Shown: positions 27,034 through 32,000 of the stretch, piece after piece
Position numbering within the stretch: position 1 is the stretch's first letter
How the letters are laid out: each line of letters starts with the position of its first letter
Assembly (NCBI GenBank): GCA_002952755.1
Contig: CP025011.1
Span: 480,001 to 512,000, forward strand
Length of the DNA: 32,000 bases
DNA from: Candidatus Saccharimonadota bacterium
GTDB taxonomy: Bacteria; Patescibacteriota; Saccharimonadia; Saccharimonadales; UBA4665
Direction: 5' to 3'
The notes under the pieces: generated by a model
Seen by the model: only the letters and a program-made list of their open reading frames with translations
What the model was told of the DNA's origin: nothing
Database searches by the model: none
Made by a program: the position numbers and the translations under genes

Positions 27034-29907
27034 ATGAAACGATACAACCCTAAAGAGATTGAGCCCAAGTGGCAGCAAAAATGGTCCGAAGATAAGACGT
27101 ACGAGGCTTCGGACGATCCAAGCGGCAAACCCAAGAAGTATATTTTGGAATTCTTCCCATACCCGAGCGGAGCCGCCATGCACGTGGGCCATGTGCGCAA
27201 CTACACCATTGGGGACGCCATGAGCCGCCATGCACGCATGATGGGTTACGACGTACTGCACCCGATGGGTTGGGACGCCTTCGGCTTGCCAGCTGAGAAT
27301 TATGCGATTAAAACCGGCATCAGCCCCAAGCAGGCGATTGCCGAAAATACTGGTCGCTTTAAGCAGCAACTGACTCAAATGGGCTTTGGCTATGATTGGT
27401 CGCGCGAGTTTGCCAGCTCAGACCCGGAATATTACCGCTGGACCCAGTGGTTCTTCCTACTGCTGCACAAGCGTGGCCTTGCTTACCAAAAAGAGAGTTT
27501 GCAGTGGTGGTGCCCCGTGGATAAAACGGTGTTGGCCAACGAGCAGGTCGAAAACGGTAAGTGCTGGCGCTGCGGCTCGGAGGTGGAGAAGAAGTCGCTC
27601 AAGCAGTGGTTCTTCAAGATTACAGAGTATGCCGAGCGATTGGAAAAAGATCTAGACGACGTTGATTGGAGCGACTCCATCAAAGCCATGCAGCGCAACT
27701 GGATAGGCCGCAGCAAGGGTGCTGAGGTGGTATTCGCTATGGATGGATCTGACGAAAAAATTACGGTGTTTACGACTCGGGCAGATACGCTGTTTGGTGC
27801 CACCTTCTTAGTGCTCGCCCCTGAGCATCCGCTGCTCAAGACGATTACCGCGCCGGAGCACCGCGCCCAAGTCGAGAATTATCTGCAGAAAACACGTAAT
27901 AAATCGGATATCGAGCGCCAGGAAACCAATCGGGAAAAAACCGGCGTCTTTACGGGTGCATATGCTATCAATCCCGTGAATGGCGAGAAATTGCCCATTT
28001 GGACGTCTGACTACGTATTGGTGGGCTACGGCACGGGCGCAATCATGGCGGTGCCAGCCCACGATGAGCGCGACTGGGCATTTGCCCAGGCCTTTAAGCT
28101 GCCAGTTGTCCCGGTAATCGAGCCCGAAACGGGCACACCGCAGGAAAATCCGGAAACACGCTTAAGTATTGTGGCTATTGTGCGCAACCCACGCACCAAT
28201 GAATATCTATCGATTAATTGGGGGAAGCTCGGCGGTAACCTGTTCATCGGCGGTGGCCGCGAAGCAAATGAAGATATTGTCGAGACGGCTAAGCGGGAGA
28301 TTGCCGAAGAAACCGGCTACCGCAATCTGAAGCTGGTCGCGCAAACTGATCGCATACACCATCACTACTTCGCCCATAGCAAAAATGTGGCTCGCTATAT
28401 CGAAGCCTATGGCCTGTTGTTTGATCTCGAAGACGAGACGCGCGATGAGCAGAGACTGGAGCCGGACGAGCAGGGCAAGTTCACCGTTGAATGGTTGCCG
28501 GCGTCAGCAGCTGAGGCGGTTATTACCGATGAGTTGCATACCACTTGCTATCGCCTACTAGTAAAAGGAGAGTGCTACCACGGCGAAGGCATCATGATGC
28601 ACTCCGGCTCATATGACGGTTTGCGCTCCAGTGAAGCACGTGAGAAAATCGTTGCCGATCTTGAAGCGAAGCACCTCGGCAAGGAACGGGTTAATTACAA
28701 AATGCGCGACTGGCTGATTAGCCGCCAGCGTTACTGGGGTGCGCCGATCCCGATGATTCATTGTGCGAAGGACGGCGTGGTTCCCGTACCTGAAGACCAA
28801 CTACCGGTGTTGTTGCCTGATATGCAAAGCTACGAGCCAAGCGGTGATGGCCGCAGCCCATTGGCCCGCGTGCCGGAATTTGTGAACACAACGTGCCCCA
28901 TATGCGGCGGCCCGGCCGAGCGCGAAACAGACACTATGGACGGCTTTGCCTGCTCTAGCTGGTATCCGATGCGCTTTGCCGACCCCCGTAACAACGACCG
29001 TCCATTCGACGCCGTAAAGGTGCAGCGTTGGCTGCCGGTAGATTATTATATTGGCGGTGCAGAGCATGCAGTTATGCACCTTTTGTATATCCGTATGTGG
29101 ACCAAAGTGATGCAGGACGAAGGGTTGGTCGACTTTGGCGAACCTTTTACCGGTCTGCGCAATCAGGGGATGATCTTGGCCCCGGACGGTCGCAAGATGA
29201 GTAAGAGCTGGGGCAATGTTATCGCGCCTGATGATCTTATCGAGCAAGGCTACGGTGCCGACGCCATTCGCGTTATGGAGCTCTTTATCGGTCCCTGGAA
29301 TCAGTCGGCTAACTGGAGCGTAGAGGGCATGGGCGGCAGCTTCCGCTTCCTGCAGCGGGTGTGGGCACTCAGCCAGGACTACCTCACGAAAAATGAGCCA
29401 GCCAACCCGGCAGACGATATTGCAATCAAGCAGGTAATGCATCGGACCATCAAAAAGGTGAGTACCGATATGGAGGCAATGGGCTTCAACACCGCAATTG
29501 CCGCGGTTATGGAGGCAGTCAACGAACTCTATCGACTGAAGGTCACCGTGCCGTTTGGTGCTGCTCCAGAGGCCTGGCGCTGGGCGATTGAGTCACTCTT
29601 GCTACTACTTGCCCCATTTGTGCCGCACATCACTGAGGAGTTATGGATGCAGCTTGGTCACACCGATTCTATCCATCTTGCCAAGTGGCCGGTGTATGAA
29701 GAACAATACCTTACAAGCGACAGGATGACGATCGTCATTCAAATTAACGGCAAGGTACGCAGTCAGATCGAGGTCAGTTCATCCGCCACCGAAGAAGAAG
29801 TCACGGCTCAAGCCAAAGAAGACAAAAAAGCCGTCGTTTATTTAACCAATCAGACTCCTAAAAAAACTATCTACGTACCCGGCAAGCTTGTTAATTTCGT
29901 TCTTTAG
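27034..29907 (+). CDS. leuS: leucine--tRNA ligase (957 aa) carrying an internal Nudix-like insertion
   Basis: HIGH variant HVGH, ZN-1 CPVD...CWRCGS, CP1 editing motifs TTRADTLFGATF and AVPAHDERDWAFA, ZN-2 CPICGG...C, KMSKS, and the C-terminal domain. Confidence 0.95.
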   Translation: MKRYNPKEIEPKWQQKWSEDKTYEASDDPSGKPKKYILEFFPYPSGAAMHVGHVRNYTIGDAMSRHARMMGYDVLHPMGWDAFGLPAENYAIKTGISPKQAIAENTGRFKQQLTQMGFGYDWSREFASSDPEYYRWTQWFFLLLHKRGLAYQKESLQWWCPVDKTVLANEQVENGKCWRCGSEVEKKSLKQWFFKITEYAERLEKDLDDVDWSDSIKAMQRNWIGRSKGAEVVFAMDGSDEKITVFTTRADTLFGATFLVLAPEHPLLKTITAPEHRAQVENYLQKTRNKSDIERQETNREKTGVFTGAYAINPVNGEKLPIWTSDYVLVGYGTGAIMAVPAHDERDWAFAQAFKLPVVPVIEPETGTPQENPETRLSIVAIVRNPRTNEYLSINWGKLGGNLFIGGGREANEDIVETAKREIAEETGYRNLKLVAQTDRIHHHYFAHSKNVARYIEAYGLLFDLEDETRDEQRLEPDEQGKFTVEWLPASAAEAVITDELHTTCYRLLVKGECYHGEGIMMHSGSYDGLRSSEAREKIVADLEAKHLGKERVNYKMRDWLISRQRYWGAPIPMIHCAKDGVVPVPEDQLPVLLPDMQSYEPSGDGRSPLARVPEFVNTTCPICGGPAERETDTMDGFACSSWYPMRFADPRNNDRPFDAVKVQRWLPVDYYIGGAEHAVMHLLYIRMWTKVMQDEGLVDFGEPFTGLRNQGMILAPDGRKMSKSWGNVIAPDDLIEQGYGADAIRVMELFIGPWNQSANWSVEGMGGSFRFLQRVWALSQDYLTKNEPANPADDIAIKQVMHRTIKKVSTDMEAMGFNTAIAAVMEAVNELYRLKVTVPFGAAPEAWRWAIESLLLLLAPFVPHITEELWMQLGHTDSIHLAKWPVYEEQYLTSDRMTIVIQINGKVRSQIEVSSSATEEEVTAQAKEDKKAVVYLTNQTPKKTIYVPGKLVNFVL
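28120..28581 (+). other. Nudix hydrolase-like domain nested within LeuRS (residues ~363-516)
   Basis: Exact Nudix box G-x5-E-x7-R-E-U-x-E-E-x-G-U, read as GGREANEDIVETAKREIAEETGY (28252..28320). Strand-like RLSIVAIVRNPRTNEYLSINW precedes it. The insert is in frame, with no stops or frameshifts. Confidence 0.75.
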
Positions 29908-30057
29908 TGAAATTCCCGGAGCTCTTTACTCACAGCGTGAGAGCTATTATCGTCAGCTCGCGGCAAATGAAGGCACCGACCAGCATTTTGCAGCAAAATT
30001 TGCTATTACGTATTCAAGTAACCTAGAGTCAGAATCTAGCTGTGCTCGATCAACACG

Positions 30058-30627
30058 CTATTTCGAAGTATGATGCCCCTTAATTGCAGCTTCGACGACA
30101 TCGCGCGGGAGTTTGGCCGATCCCAGTAGGGTGTCGCGCACTTTTTCTAGGGCGTCACTGCCAACATCGCCGGCTGCATCAAGTACTCCGCTTACTGCTG
30201 CCTCGGCTGCCTTAGACGAATCTGCACCGATATCGCCTGCAGCCTTGATCGCTCCCTCGACAGTAGAGATGGCTACTGCGCCAATATCACCGCCGGTTTC
30301 GCTTGTAGCTTTAACTACTCCCCGAGCTGCCGCTTGCGTAGCCTCAACGACGTCGCCGCCAACGTGGCTAACTCCGCTAATCGCACCATGCATTATCTCC
30401 TGCGTGGCATCCGTCAGAGATGTCCCCACTTTGCTCGCACCATGAATGGCGCCGCTGGCTACTGCTGTTACGCCTTCAATTCCAGCTTGCGACACTTCGC
30501 CAGTGCCCTGAAGAATATTGACGATTTGGTGTTTTACCGTTCCGGTTACGGCGCTTATAATGTCATCGGCACCCTGGATAGCTGCAACTACTGCGTTACT
30601 TGTCTCATTAATAATTTTTTCTAGCAT
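30058..30627 (-). CDS. Ala/Gly/Val-rich protein made of ~8 tandem 22-residue repeats (189 aa)
   Basis: Start at ATG 30627, with a strong Shine-Dalgarno (aaggaaggtgg) upstream. The longer ORF to 30786 is Arg-rich and not protein-like. The 22-aa register is visible by eye (e.g. ...GAIKAAGD / IGADSSKAAEAAVSGVLDAAGD / VGSDALEK...). Confidence 0.65.
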   Translation of the reverse strand: MLEKIINETSNAVVAAIQGADDIISAVTGTVKHQIVNILQGTGEVSQAGIEGVTAVASGAIHGASKVGTSLTDATQEIMHGAISGVSHVGGDVVEATQAAARGVVKATSETGGDIGAVAISTVEGAIKAAGDIGADSSKAAEAAVSGVLDAAGDVGSDALEKVRDTLLGSAKLPRDVVEAAIKGHHTSK

Positions 30628-30859
30628 ACGCCACCTTCCTTTTAATGCTGGTCTTTCCACTTTAGTCTGCTTACTGCGAACTGGCAATCTAAAATGCAGG
30701 GATGACCTCGCATTTTGCGCAGTTCTTCTCCTGCTAACCTCTATTGGACTGGCGATACTGAGCTTATATAGTCTTAAAAAATGCAAAAACCAAACTGAAG
30801 CCTCAAGCGTACCTATTTTATAGTTTACCTGCCAGAATTATCCTGTAGAGTTGTTAACT

Positions 30860-31561
30860 ATGAGCAGTCGATCGGCAGAATCATTTACGCTTACTCCGGC
30901 GCAAATGTTAGAGCGCTTTCCCGCAACCGCTAAAGAGAGTGTCTATAATTGGCCATTCGCTGACATACCCCTATCTGCACAACGTAAAACTACGCCTCCA
31001 ATGGAGATACGAAGACATAAGGCAGGAGGGGATCTGCTTCGCGTTATGGGTCTTATTGTGCCGGACCATTATCACGATGATCCATCGGCCACGATGCTCC
31101 TCAAAAAAGGCAACGACCGCATGACCCTTAGGCTAGAAGTAGAGGGCGCCCAACATTACTGGCAACTGGCAGGCTTGTTTATGGAGGCGAGCGTAGAACT
31201 TAATAAGTCGTCTGAAATGCAAGCCGCCGGCATACTCCACGAGGTTGTCGGGATTGAACAGCCCTTGTTGCCCACTCAGTTAGGCCCGGGTGTAGCTCGT
31301 GGCATAGTATCGAAGATCCGGGTCGGGTCTAATGAAATGACTGAGGGTATGACGCTGTGGGCTGGCGGAGGCGCTAGGAGCATTTCTTGGGGGGCGAGTG
31401 GTGCGCGTAGGTTTGCAAGAGAGCATACGCTTGAACTCGACAGCGTAGTTGCTATAGGGGTGGATAATCACTATTGGGATCCTTCTCGCGATAGCAGATA
31501 CTATGTGATTAAACCTCCTGGTCAGGAAGGGCGGCCAGCGCCCACATTACCCACTATATAA
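30860..31561 (+). CDS. hypothetical protein (233 aa)
   Basis: ORF divergent from the repeat protein. The start is ATG 30860 or TTG 30851. No motif recognised. Confidence 0.55.
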   Translation: MSSRSAESFTLTPAQMLERFPATAKESVYNWPFADIPLSAQRKTTPPMEIRRHKAGGDLLRVMGLIVPDHYHDDPSATMLLKKGNDRMTLRLEVEGAQHYWQLAGLFMEASVELNKSSEMQAAGILHEVVGIEQPLLPTQLGPGVARGIVSKIRVGSNEMTEGMTLWAGGGARSISWGASGARRFAREHTLELDSVVAIGVDNHYWDPSRDSRYYVIKPPGQEGRPAPTLPTI

Positions 31562-31688
31562 GTAAAGGCGCACTATTAGATTACCTGAACGAGCAGTGGC
31601 AAACTATCTCGAAGCGCAAGAATAGCGACCCCTAGGCAGGCAGCTGTTTTTATCTTGGCTAGACTAACAAAACGCGACAGCCCAAAAA

Positions 31689-31717
31689 TTTGCTATCTCT
31701 GTAATTTACGCTATAAT
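31689..31717 (+). promoter_or_regulatory. promoter TTGCTA-N17-TATAAT upstream of rpmF
   Basis: TTGCTA at 31689..31694 and TATAAT at 31712..31717. It is followed by a ~40-nt leader carrying the Shine-Dalgarno aggag. Confidence 0.45.
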
Positions 31718-31756
31718 AGCAAGCAATTATTGTAAAAAAGTAGGAGTATATTACCC

Positions 31757-31966
31757 ATGGGTAAGCCAAAGAAACGAACCAGTTCGCGCCGCCGGGACGC
31801 TCGCCGTAGCCATCTTGGGTTAGAGTTAGCACGCAAAGTAAACGCCAGTTCACCAGTGAAGGTTTTTACTACTCGCCGCCAAAATCCTAAAAAGGTAGTT
31901 GAGTCCAAGGCTCCTAAAGCTGCCATTAAGCCTGCGAAAGTCACAAAAACTCCCCAGGCGGCCTAG
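31757..31966 (+). CDS. rpmF: 50S ribosomal protein bL32 (Cys-less form with Lys-rich C-terminal tail)
   Basis: The N-terminus GKPKKRTSSRRRDARRSH matches the bL32 signature. There are no Cys residues. Shine-Dalgarno aggag lies 10 nt upstream. Confidence 0.8.
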   Translation: MGKPKKRTSSRRRDARRSHLGLELARKVNASSPVKVFTTRRQNPKKVVESKAPKAAIKPAKVTKTPQAA

Positions 31967-32000
31967 TCTCGTTCCTGCTGTTCGAGCTATACTAGGTGGA

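Noticed and set aside
28801-29442. A 213-aa antisense ORF inside leuS. Similar long antisense ORFs occur inside ligA (9160..9747 -), ddl (24931..25458 -), the kinase gene (23959..24495 +), the carboxypeptidase gene (3925..4338 +) and the repeat protein (30113..30445 +).
   Set aside because: Each lies fully inside a gene with unmistakable family motifs on the other strand. They are Arg/Ser/Ala/Pro-biased, as expected for shadow frames of mid-to-high-GC coding DNA, and have no motifs or ribosome-binding sites.

Overview
This 32-kb window comes from a compact, gene-dense bacterial genome. It uses the standard genetic code and is roughly 50% GC by eye. It has five 4-nt ATGA gene overlaps, and many proteins carry one N-terminal membrane anchor plus an extracytoplasmic domain. 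That picture fits a small-genome monoderm such as a CPR/Patescibacteria (Saccharibacteria-like) organism, but this is inference only.

Clear housekeeping calls:
- ligA, leuS, ddl, rpmF (bL32), the lemA-htpX pair and corA
- an S11 DD-carboxypeptidase and a MurF-like Mur ligase
- tRNA-Val(TAC), tRNA-Ala(GGC) and tRNA-Ala(CGC)

Other recognisable genes:
- a MarR regulator, a DHFR-like protein and two alpha/beta hydrolases
- a RelB/DinJ-RelE/YafQ toxin-antitoxin pair and an SGNH hydrolase with a C-terminal extension
- a small PglC-type phosphoglycosyl transferase overlapping an ATP-grasp ligase
- a lycopene-cyclase-domain membrane protein and a P-loop kinase-like protein
- about ten orphan proteins

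I found no rRNA, CRISPR array, transposase or integrase.

Most notable observations:
1. A complete Nudix-box domain appears nested inside the CP1 editing region of LeuRS.
2. A tRNA-adjacent cluster holds the PGT, the ATP-grasp ligase, a 69-aa acidic peptide and the lycopene-cyclase-domain protein.
3. The MurF-like ligase has transmembrane helices in place of its N-terminal domain and is translationally coupled to a hydrolase.
4. LigA has no cysteines where its Zn finger should be.
5. An accessory segment is bracketed by the two tRNA-Ala genes, with an unexplained ~430-bp structured non-coding stretch.
6. A promoter plus terminator-like structured RNA lies upstream of the DD-carboxypeptidase operon.
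7. Two long inverted repeats sit in intergenic DNA.
8. A low-GC orphan gene lies between ddl and leuS.
9. One protein is built from 22-residue repeats.
10. -10 boxes recur 6-8 nt upstream of ATG codons, implying leaderless mRNAs.

All functional calls rest on motifs read by eye. No database search was possible.
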